Source of the DNA: Hormiphora californensis
Taxonomy: Eukaryota; Animalia; Ctenophora
NCBI GenBank assembly: GCA_020137815.1
Contig: CM035351.1
Coordinates: 2,914,001 to 2,978,000 of the forward strand
Direction: 5' to 3'
DNA length: 64,000 nucleotides
The notes beneath the pieces were generated by a model. The model was not told the origin of the DNA and did no database searches. It saw only the letters and a program-made list of their open reading frames with translations. Below, piece after piece: positions 11,478 to 22,968 of the stretch (the first letter of the stretch is position 1; every line of letters begins with the position of its first letter). The translations under genes and the position numbers were made by a program.

Positions 11478-14400
11478 ATGACCGACACTAAGGGTGAGAA
11501 AGTGAAGGAGATTAAGGAATGGCTTGCAACTCACAACCTTGAAGAAGAGCAGTTTGAAATAACAGACTTTACTGTTGACTATCTCTACAACTTGTGCCAG
11601 GTAAGTTTGTAAATGAATCTTTAATATAACTGGACAGTGGACATGAAAGATCCACCAATTGTGAGGTAGAAAAGTATGATAATTTACCGTTCTGTAATTT
11701 ATTAGGTCAACAGACAAAAGGATGCTCACTCTGGAATAAAATTAAAAGTTGACGAAGCTAGAGCAAAGCAGTTCAAGTCGGAAACCGAAGAAATTAACCA
11801 ACGCTTAGATTTTATAGGTACAATGTTTTAATTAGTGACGATATTTTCACTATAATGCTGATAAATAACTATGTCATGGTTTTATATGAACTGGCGGTTC
11901 AAGGTCCGAGTATAGTATAGCTTCGTCATGGTCTTCATACGGAAATAATTGTCCACTATAACGTTTTTCATTTCTTTTGTTTCCTTACTCAGACCCATTC
12001 AAACAGGGCTAAAGGAAGATCAGTTGCAATCCCGTGAACAGTTGAAAGAGTTGGCAGAGGCTGGTAACACCCTTCAGCTTTCTAATCCTCGTCTGGAAAA
12101 CTACCTGGTATGAATTTCACTTTATCAAACTCTGTTTCGCTAGTAAAAAATAGTTTGATACTGAGGAGAGCTGAGTTATGAGTATTTAATATTTATGGAT
12201 GTGTTACCACAATCTGAAATATCTCCCAGGTGTGTCTGTCTGACCGGTGTGAGGAGCATGATAGGGTTGAAGAGAAAGTAAAGGAGTTGGAGAGTACACT
12301 ACAAGATATTACTACCAAGCTGGAGCATATTACTACCATCACGACCACTCTCCAGCAGGAGCTGGGCAACAAGGGCAAATCAGAGTAAGATCCCCACCTA
12401 CCCGATTTGGTTATAAGTTATGACATTACCTAGTAAATGGGTGACTTTGTAACTACCTACCCGATATTATTGGACACAATTGGTCTGTTCTTTTCGCATG
12501 AACTAGTTAATAGTTTTGCTATTTGTTTAGGGAGACGGACTTGTTGGTCGAGATAGAGACAGCCAAAGCCCAAGCTCAACATTTCGCTGATTCAACTAAA
12601 GAGTACAAGAAACAACTCAGCATGAGTGGGGTGAAAAAGGTAACATTTGTAGGAGTTATAACTTATATCTTGTTATATGAGGGGCATGGGGAGAGTTGGA
12701 CCGAGCAAAGAGTCTATATTTTCAGTATTTTCAGTAGTTTCAAACTTTTCAACACTACTTTAAACAAATTAATTTGAGGATCCGTTTTGCTGCCCCTCGC
12801 TAATCCTTCTGAGACTTCTGTTTATCCCTCTCCTTAAAGAAAAGACAAGAGAAGACGTGTCTGGTTTTTCTAAGTAAACAGATCTCAGAGGACCTCGTTG
12901 GGTTATAACCAAGGACGCCAAGACTTGCAAGGAACGGTTCCTCGCGCCTCTATTTACAGGACAGGATGTCGGGTGTGGCTACCCATGATGTTATAATGTG
13001 CAGGAACGATATGGAGGGTAAGTTGCTCGCCACGAGCTACTCTGATAGATGTAAGGGTGCCAGTATTTTGCAGAGCATTAAGGATGATGCAGTGGAGCCT
13101 CCAAGTGGAGCCTCCAAAGCGGTTTTATGGACGATGGTCAAGGAACTATATGGATTGTTACCAGAAACACGACGCATCTCTACCCACTCATCTGAATCTG
13201 TGACATCATTCACAGCTGAAGACTTGAGAGATACACTGGATAAGCTGAAAGAGGATCTTCTGAGCACACTACCGGATCTGGTTGCCCCCAAGGTTAGCAA
13301 GATCTTAGCTCCTGGCAGTGACCAATTGGCAATTCATGCTGTGAATCGCACTGGCTCAGCACAGGAAACTGTGACCCCTGTGACTCCAATTAAGAGGTAT
13401 CTGACTATCAAGGATAAAGGTGAGGAAGGACCTATGTGTGAGAAGAAGTGGACTACTGTCGTGAAGACAAAGGTGGAGAAAGCATTGAATAAGATTCCAG
13501 TCCTAGATCTTTCAGTCACCAAGAGGAGGACAAATCTTATGTTTGAGACCGATGAACAGTTGGAACAGGCGAAAGAAGTTCTTTCACCATTCCTTGATGT
13601 TTCTCCCGTAGTGGAGAAGGAGAAGAAAAGAGATCCTCGCATCATGATCAATGATCTTGACCAAGACCTGCTGGAAAAAGATCGCCTTCTGTCAGAGATT
13701 GTCAGTGATAAGAATGAGTCTGTGAAGAGACTAGTTGAGGAGGGTCACCTGGTGAAGGTGGTCCATGTAAACAAAACAGGAAGATATGCAGTGTTCCAGG
13801 TCTCTCCAGAAGTGAGGAAGGCGATATCAGAAAGGAAGGACAAGCTATTCTTGAAACTTCGACAGCATTCAGTGAGGAACAGGTTTTATGTCACGCAGTG
13901 TTTTCACTGCCAGCGCTTTGGCCATGTAGCAGGATCCATCTACTGCCCAAACAAGGATAAATCTCCGGTTTGTGCCTTCTGTACGGGAGATCATGACACT
14001 AGGAGTTGCCATGCCAAGAAGGAAAATGTAGTGAGCAGGATGAAATGTGTCAACTGTGATCATGGAGGAAGCAGAGAGGACAAGCGCCATGCTCAAAGTC
14101 ACCCAGCCTCCAGCAGTATGTGTCCATTCTATGTAAATGCTAAAGGAAGACTCATGGAGAGTACCAGTGGAGTAACGAAGCAGGAAAAAAACGTGTACCT
14201 GACGAGGGCATGGGAGGATCTGAGAGGAAAACGTCTTGGAGGATTGGCACACTAAACGTCCACTCAGTTATGAATAAGACGTCAGGTGTAATTACACACC
14301 TGGAGGAAAAAGGATGCGACATCTGCTTGGTACAGGAGACTTATCTGAAACAGAGTGACACAGCTAAACTTCAGGAGATCAGAGACTATGGTTGGAATAT

Positions 14401-17400
14401 CTTCTCCTCGCCTAGAGCGGAACGTTCAGGAGGTGGGATTGGAATCTTGTACAGGGATGGTGTCAAGTTGAAATACACTCCGGTAAAAGCCAAGTTTAAA
14501 TCGTTTCAAGTCCAGGAAGCCCTTATTGGAGGAGGAAAAGACGTGACGAGGCTGTGCAATATCTATAGACCGCCGTATACTGGCAAGGCACGGTTTACGG
14601 AAGCCCAGTTCTTGGATGAGTTTACTGATTATTTGTCAGAGTTGGTCTGCAAAACGGGGAACCCTATCCTGATGGGGGACTTTAACTTCCAGGTTCAAGA
14701 TACTCAGAACTTCTATGCGAAGAAGTTACTTGGACTGCTTGACTCTCTTGGATTTGATCAGCGGGTCCCACTACAACCTACTCATGTTCGTGGTGGTACT
14801 TTGGATCTGCTTCTCTGCCAAAAAGACAGATATTCTAAGGTTCAATCAGTTGAAGTATTTCCTGAAGGAACGACCTCTGATCATTTTCTTATATTGGCGG
14901 AGCTGTGTATTGAAACTGTAGCAAGTGAATACAAGACTCGTGAAAAAGTGGACATGTACAGAGATTTCAAGGCTGTTGATATTGAAATACTTCGATGTGC
15001 TTTTAGGAGTGTGGATTGGAGTGAAGCGATGGAATCTGGATCAGCTGAGGAGGTTTTGTGTATTTATATGAGGAAACTTGAGGAACTTGTGGATAGGACT
15101 GTCCCGTTGAAGAGGAGAAAGAAGAGAGGAGCTAAGCTGAGGCCATGGAGAGATAATCCAGAGGTGCGTCAAGTTCTTCGTCAGCGGCGGAATGCTGAGC
15201 GAGCCTGGGAGAACAATAAAACCAGCGTCACGAAGAAGCAGTTCAATGAACTCAAGAGGCAGTTTGGGCGTGTTGACAAGGAAGCGAGGATGAACTACGT
15301 CAAGGAAGACTTGGAGGAGTCCAGAGATGACCCCAAAGCACTTCAAAGGAAATTGAACCGTCTACTTGGTAATACTGAGACCTTTATGCCTGAAACCACA
15401 GATAAGCGGAGGTTAGCGGATGACTTTGCGGACTTCTTTGTTGGAAAAGTTGATAAGATCCGGTCTACTGTTATTGGAGAGAAGAATCTGAGGACTAAGA
15501 GGAACCCTATTCATCAGACACCCGTCTGTTGTTTTGAGGAATTTGAGGAAGTTTCCCCAGAGAAACTAAAGAGGATAATCAAAGACATGCCAGACAAGAC
15601 ATGTGATCTTGACCCTATACCGACTTGGTTAGTGAAGGGGTGTATGCATGAGCTAGCTCCGGTCTTGTGCAGGTTTATTAACCTATCTCTTGGATGTTCC
15701 AGTGTTCCTGAACTTCTCCAGCAAGCTTTGGTGTTTCCAACGATTAAGAACCCTTATGGCGATAAGGACACTTTGACCAATTATCGGCCAGTCTCCAACC
15801 TATCTTTTTTCTCCAAGCTTCTTGAAAAGATAGTTCTAGAGCAGCTCAACTCGTATCTTAATGAGAACGAGTTACTAAATAAGCATCAATCAGGTTACAG
15901 GGTGAATCATAGCTGTGAAACCCTACTGATGGGTATGTTTGATGATCTCCTTCGGGATATGGATGAAGGAAAGGTCGCAGGCCTCTTTCTATTAGATATG
16001 AGCGCCGCTTTTGACACAGTGGACCATGGAAAGCTGCTAGAAGTTCTTGAAGAACGGTTTGGAGTGAGGGGTTCTGTCTTGGATTGGTTCGCCAACTATC
16101 TACAAATGAGGACTTATCGGGTAAACGTGGAAGGGGAACTTTCGAGGATTGTCTCTCTGATTTGTGGAGTTCCGCAAGGTTCACTGCTTGGACCTGTGTT
16201 GTTTTTACTGTATGTGGAGGAATTGCAAGATTTGGTCAAACCGTATGGCTTAAGGATTAAACTTTATGCGGATGACTCGCAATTGTACATCAGCTTTGTT
16301 CCAACTGATGAGGAAAACTGGAAACTGGCAAAGGAGAGGACTGAGGAATGCTTGACAAGTGTGAAAGAGTGGATGAGTGAGCACTGGCTAAAGTGCAATG
16401 AGGCAAAGACTGAATTCCTGCTGTTAGGCAAAAACAGCGCCCTGGATAAGATGGTCTATCAGCCCACTGTGGACTTTGGTGGAGTGGAGATAAGCCCAGT
16501 GGACTTTACGGGGAGTACAGGGAAAACACTAGGAGTGTTCCTTGATGGCAACCTCTCTATGGAGAGGCAAATCAACAGTGTTAAGAGGCAATGTGGTTTG
16601 TTGTTGAAGAATCTATGGCAGGTAAACCGGTGTCTAGATAGATCGACGAAGATACTCCTTGTTAAGCAGCTCATCATTTCAAGACTGGATTATTGTAATA
16701 TCCTTTACCATGGCGTACCTAAGAAGCTTCTCAACAGCCTTCAGAGAGTCTTGAACTCGTGTGTCAGATTTGTTTATGGCCTACACGGTCACCAAGACAC
16801 CTACATGCCATACTTGAAAGAATTGCATGTTCTTCCTGTGGAACAACGAGTCACGTTCAAAGCATGCCTTATGGCGTACAAGATTGTACATGGATTGGCC
16901 CCTGACTACCTGCAAGATCAGGTCCCTGTTGATGATGGACTTCATGTGATCCGGGCTACTAGAGGAAATGCTTGGCCTGATGGCCTCAAGCTGAAGTACC
17001 CTAAGCTATCAAGTGTCAACGCGACTTCCAAGTTGAGAAGAAGACGTCCGTCGGTTTACCTGCCTGAAGTCTGGAATAGGCTTCCACTTGATCTGAGAGC
17101 TGTTGAGTCTGTGGAATCTTTCAAGTCTAAGCTCAAGACTAGTCTTTTCACTGATGCTTTTGGTGAGACTGGACTGTCCTCTTAACACTCTCCTTCTTGC
17201 TGAGGTATGTGCTCTAGCTGGTACCCGTTTTTAATTATTTTTCTGTATTTAAGCTCGTGGCGAGCAGAAGTGTGAAGCATAGATTGGGGTTTTTCATAGC
17301 ACGAGTGTTTTTCTGTGTTCCAATATACGGACTTTTATATCAATTTTTAGAGTTCCAGGACTCTAACTCAGTCTGTTATGTAATCAGTCACCGATAGTTA

Positions 17401-17862
17401 TGTGAGCCGATAGTAATGTGAGCCGGTGTAATTTTTCTTTATTATTTTTTGTTCTATTAGGGATAAGTTGGCGAGGTTTTACCAGTATATTAACCGTTCA
17501 GATCATCCTTCAGTGACAGCAGCAGTTTCGCTGCTCTGTCCCTGTCGGATATGGGCGGAATATAAACTTAGTTATTATTATTATTATTATTATTATTATG
17601 TTCTTCTGTGAATCCCGGAAGGTTCTATATTAGTCTCCATGAGTTAATCTCCTCTCCCCTTCTCCAGGAGTACACCCACGAGCACCTTGAGAAGATGGCA
17701 GGACGTGTGACGTCACTAAAAACTCAGATAGAGGAAAGTAAGGAGAGGATCAGTCAGTTCAAATCTGTACCTCCCAGCATCCCTCTTGCAAAGGAGAAAA
17801 TCCGGGAGGTCCAGACAGAGATCATTGCAATTGAGCAGGAGTTCCCTGAGCTTTGTTTGTGA
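11478..17862 (+). CDS. HAUS1: HAUS augmin-like complex subunit 1; 6 exons (~11478-11601, 11706-11817, 12007-12106, 12229-12384, 12531-12639, 17668-17862)
   Basis: Phase-compatible GT-AG splicing gives IKEWLATH..QFEITDFTVDYLYNL, coiled coils, then HEHLEKMAGRVTSLK..FKSVPPSIPLAKEKIREVQTEI, matching recalled HAUS1 motifs. Confidence 0.8.
12966..14255 (+). CDS. LINE ORF1, gag-like with three CCHC zinc knuckles
   Basis: CFHCQRFGH..C, CAFCTGDH....C, CVNC...H.....C. Confidence 0.9.
   Translation: MSGVATHDVIMCRNDMEGKLLATSYSDRCKGASILQSIKDDAVEPPSGASKAVLWTMVKELYGLLPETRRISTHSSESVTSFTAEDLRDTLDKLKEDLLSTLPDLVAPKVSKILAPGSDQLAIHAVNRTGSAQETVTPVTPIKRYLTIKDKGEEGPMCEKKWTTVVKTKVEKALNKIPVLDLSVTKRRTNLMFETDEQLEQAKEVLSPFLDVSPVVEKEKKRDPRIMINDLDQDLLEKDRLLSEIVSDKNESVKRLVEEGHLVKVVHVNKTGRYAVFQVSPEVRKAISERKDKLFLKLRQHSVRNRFYVTQCFHCQRFGHVAGSIYCPNKDKSPVCAFCTGDHDTRSCHAKKENVVSRMKCVNCDHGGSREDKRHAQSHPASSSMCPFYVNAKGRLMESTSGVTKQEKNVYLTRAWEDLRGKRLGGLAH
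14210..17185 (+). CDS. LINE ORF2: APE endonuclease plus reverse transcriptase
   Basis: LVQET, MGDFN, TLDL, SDH (APE); YRPVSNL, LLDMSAAFDTVDH, GVPQGSLLGP, YADD (RT); SRLDYCN C-terminal motif. Confidence 0.95.
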   Translation: MGGSERKTSWRIGTLNVHSVMNKTSGVITHLEEKGCDICLVQETYLKQSDTAKLQEIRDYGWNIFSSPRAERSGGGIGILYRDGVKLKYTPVKAKFKSFQVQEALIGGGKDVTRLCNIYRPPYTGKARFTEAQFLDEFTDYLSELVCKTGNPILMGDFNFQVQDTQNFYAKKLLGLLDSLGFDQRVPLQPTHVRGGTLDLLLCQKDRYSKVQSVEVFPEGTTSDHFLILAELCIETVASEYKTREKVDMYRDFKAVDIEILRCAFRSVDWSEAMESGSAEEVLCIYMRKLEELVDRTVPLKRRKKRGAKLRPWRDNPEVRQVLRQRRNAERAWENNKTSVTKKQFNELKRQFGRVDKEARMNYVKEDLEESRDDPKALQRKLNRLLGNTETFMPETTDKRRLADDFADFFVGKVDKIRSTVIGEKNLRTKRNPIHQTPVCCFEEFEEVSPEKLKRIIKDMPDKTCDLDPIPTWLVKGCMHELAPVLCRFINLSLGCSSVPELLQQALVFPTIKNPYGDKDTLTNYRPVSNLSFFSKLLEKIVLEQLNSYLNENELLNKHQSGYRVNHSCETLLMGMFDDLLRDMDEGKVAGLFLLDMSAAFDTVDHGKLLEVLEERFGVRGSVLDWFANYLQMRTYRVNVEGELSRIVSLICGVPQGSLLGPVLFLLYVEELQDLVKPYGLRIKLYADDSQLYISFVPTDEENWKLAKERTEECLTSVKEWMSEHWLKCNEAKTEFLLLGKNSALDKMVYQPTVDFGGVEISPVDFTGSTGKTLGVFLDGNLSMERQINSVKRQCGLLLKNLWQVNRCLDRSTKILLVKQLIISRLDYCNILYHGVPKKLLNSLQRVLNSCVRFVYGLHGHQDTYMPYLKELHVLPVEQRVTFKACLMAYKIVHGLAPDYLQDQVPVDDGLHVIRATRGNAWPDGLKLKYPKLSSVNATSKLRRRRPSVYLPEVWNRLPLDLRAVESVESFKSKLKTSLFTDAFGETGLSS

Positions 17863-18051
17863 GGGAATTAGGACACTTTGTACATAGCATGACATTATTT
17901 GTATCTCCAGCTTTTTAGTAATTAATCTTATATTTCACATGACAGATCCGTATTAATTGTCTATAATGCTACTGACTACTGCATAGTGACTACAGACTAG
18001 TGACTAGTGACTGCTGTGTATTTTATAACTGTACCACCACTGTACCAGGCT

Positions 18052-19285
18052 ATGATAACACTACAGAAGCTGCTGGGTGGCATAGCTGCTCAGGTCCGTG
18101 TTAGTGGAAGTGCAGTACAAGTCCTTGATTCACCCTCTCAATTTGCTGATACACTCCTAGAACTCAGCGCTTCCGCCTCCCAACGTGCCCGCATTTCATC
18201 TCTTTACTTTGGATCGGGTGAGACTGAGCAGCGAATAGCGGGTAATCTGACCAGTTCTGTAACGACTCGAGGATGTGATGTGAGTGTCCTATTGGATCAC
18301 TGCCGGGGTCTCAGGAACGGTGCCCCATGCCTTATCCAGCCTCAGAATGGTAGCCCCAATTCACATGTTCAGGCCGCCACATGGGTTCAAGATCCACAAC
18401 TACCGGGTTCCATCCTTGTTGGGTGAGCTACTCCGGGTTCACCATATGAAGTATTACCTGTTCGATGACACTGTCATATTGTCTGGAGCGAACCTGTCCG
18501 ATCTGTATTTCGGACCCCGGCAAGATCGATACATAACGGTCCAATCTCGGGAGTTGTGCGACTATCTGTGTGAGGTTCACCGTCAGTTTTGTCTTTATGC
18601 ACCGGTGTGGAGTAGTAATTCCCTGTCCTGGAGCTGGAAGAAGGAGCTCGTGAAGGAGGCTGCACAAACAACCAGGACTGTTACAAGTTGTAACTTCCAA
18701 AAGAGTAAACTTCAGATGGCCAAGGGTGACACTTCAGTTTTTCCAATGTTCCAGATACCCTTTTATAATATCCGACAAATTGACGAGGCCTTGGAGTTGA
18801 TCTGCCTGAGAACAGGCGGAAAGGATATGACATTAGCATCGGGTTACTTTAACCCCTCCTCTCGGTTATCAAACAAACTTGGTGGGACAGAGGCTACTGT
18901 TGTCGTTCCTTCAAGTTCTGCTAATGGGTTCCATGGGGGACGTGGAGTGAAGGGTTTTGTCCCTGATTGGTATAATTCTATTGCGGTTAAATTTGACCAG
19001 TCCAGTCCTAAAGCTACGGTTCTCCAGTATGAGAGAGATGGATGGTCTTTTCATGGGAAGGGTCTATGGCACAATGATGTTAATATTTTGGGTTCCTCTA
19101 ACTTCAACAGGCGTGCTACTGCCAGGGACAATGAATTGTCATTTGCTCTGATAACAGAAAACGAAAACTTGAAGACCGCCCTCGAAAATGAGAGGGACAG
19201 ATTGTTGTTTTATTCAACTCCGTTGATAAGAGAATATCGAACTGTTGTGAAACTAGGGTTACCTTTGATGTCTTCGATTTTGTAA
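18052..19285 (+). CDS. PGS1: Mitochondrial phosphatidylglycerophosphate synthase (PLD superfamily), intronless; one +1 frameshift at ~18316-18326
   Basis: ISSLYFGSG..LLDHCRGLR in one frame; HMKYYLFDDTVILSGANLSDLYF..RQDRY, ASGYFN, ANGFHG, WSFHGKGLW, GSSNFNRR..RDNE in the +1 frame. Confidence 0.9.
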
Positions 19286-19342
19286 TATTGTTTGCTAGTT
19301 TTCTCCGTTTTTTTACATAAGACTCTCATTCTTGAACTTTGA

Positions 19343-21304
<1,962 letters not shown>

Positions 21305-21479
21305 GATACAGATAGAGAGGGAAATAGGACTTCCTTTATTTTAATTTGAAAAGCGAACTTTTTATTTTTAAATGTCATAGCTTTCTGCTTCTATTTTAGA
21401 ACGAACTGCGTTTATTCTACAGAGTGTGAAAATGAGTAAAAATACAATTCTCCCTCCCCTCTTTAGAATGTAACTTGTA

Positions 21480-22833
21480 ATGATTCGTCAATGTGTCCGA
21501 CCCCTCCGATGTTTCACTACCCTGACCGAGGCTCGGGCAGTAGCGGATGCTCTCCCACTACCCGATCACTTGGCACTTCTCAGTGCCATCCCCGAGAGGG
21601 TGCTGGAGGGGGTACCGGCTGATAAACACAGTTCGGCACTACAGATTCTATCCATGCAGAGGCCTGACGCCTGGAAGCAGCTCAAGGGTCTCTTTAGTGA
21701 ACAGCTGTTGTTGGATCCTGCAAATTCTTCTCTCTATCTCACTGCAGTGGTCTCCAAACTCCGTACCAAGTGAGTAGTGTGGGAGGGGGAGGGGGTCTAA
21801 TATATAAATTTCGACTCAAAATTGCGATTTCAATGCATGTGATTTGAGGCCGTTTGAGGGACTTCCATAACTGTTAACTCTCCGCCCTTTTCCAGGGGTG
21901 TTAGTTTCAAGAAAAAGCCATTGAACGCAAAGAAGCATGCGAGCTATCTTGATGGAAATAAGAGGATGTTATCAGAACTCCCGGTGACATCCACCCTGGA
22001 TAAAATTACAACTGCACTCTACTGGCTCGATCATGGACATACTGATTATCTGACCAGGTTAGGAATTGAATCCAGCTAGTCCCCCCTTTTTTGGATCATG
22101 GTGAACTCACTGCGTGTAGGACCTATTCACCCTTCCGAATAAAAACCTCATGAACACCCGTAATTATTTTTCCAGGTGTCTTAGTGGTGTTCAGCTTAAG
22201 GAGGTGCTTGACTGTTTCCAACTTATCCGGCCCATCCTAGTTGATCCCTCGGCCCCCATTGGGGTCATGGAGCTAGTTATCAGGCATGTCATGACGTGTG
22301 GAGATCTGGCTAAACTCGCTGCTCTCTCTACTCTTTACCCTGGGACCAACTTAGCAGGTACTTGAGAGGTATTTTGAATAGTTTTGCTGTTTGTTAGCAC
22401 TTTCTCTGGAAAATAATGTCTAGTAAACACCTCTCGTATTTAGTCGATTGACCAATTTCTTCTGCAAACCTCGATTTACCGGATTCCCCAGGGAAGGGTT
22501 TTCCACGGTATTATGTATTGAGGTGTATGGTGTAATTTAAAAAATAAATCCTCATTGGGGGAAATTTTACCGTCCTGTAAATTAGACAAAAAACCATGTG
22601 TTTTTAATGGTTAATTACAGCTTAAACAGACACAAAAGGAACACTGGACAATACTAACTGAAGTCATGGATCTATTGGGTACTTTTTTTCAGTGTGAGTT
22701 CATTCCTCTGCCACATGATGGAAGACATTATGGTGTTCGGCTTCGGGTCACCTCTTATCAGTTTAAACAGCTCTGGAGTAGTCAAGATACCTAAACAGCC
22801 TCTTACCTCAGTAAAAGCTTGATTGGATTCTAG
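21480..22833 (+). CDS. Unknown protein with mitochondrial-presequence-like N-terminus; 3 clear exons (21480-21769, 21897-22057, 22176-22357), last exon frame ambiguous
   Basis: MIRQCVRPLRCFTT start; phase-compatible GT-AG junctions for exons 1-3; exon 4 (~22621-22833) reads long only if +1 shifts are allowed. Confidence 0.55.
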
Positions 22834-22968
22834 ATGAATTTAGAAAATAGAATCTAATCCAACTTTCCTGTAAATTCGAGTCCTTTCAAGTTTCATGCAC
22901 CTGATCTCTTCATTGTCTTACATAGTAATACACGCTGAAACACGCTGCATGTACTAGTTCATCCGGCC

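Larger units (their letters stand above)
12680..17598 (+). mobile_element. Full-length intact LINE (CR1/L2 group, L2B-like) in HAUS1 intron 5; 5' boundary approximate
   Basis: ORF1 plus overlapping APE-RT ORF2, 3' stem-loop 17515-17540, (TTA)n tail 17572-17598. Confidence 0.9.

Noticed and set aside
11800-12010. Apparent frameshift between HAUS1 exons 2 and 3
   Set aside because: Resolved by the downstream acceptor aaacag|gg at 12006, which keeps phase
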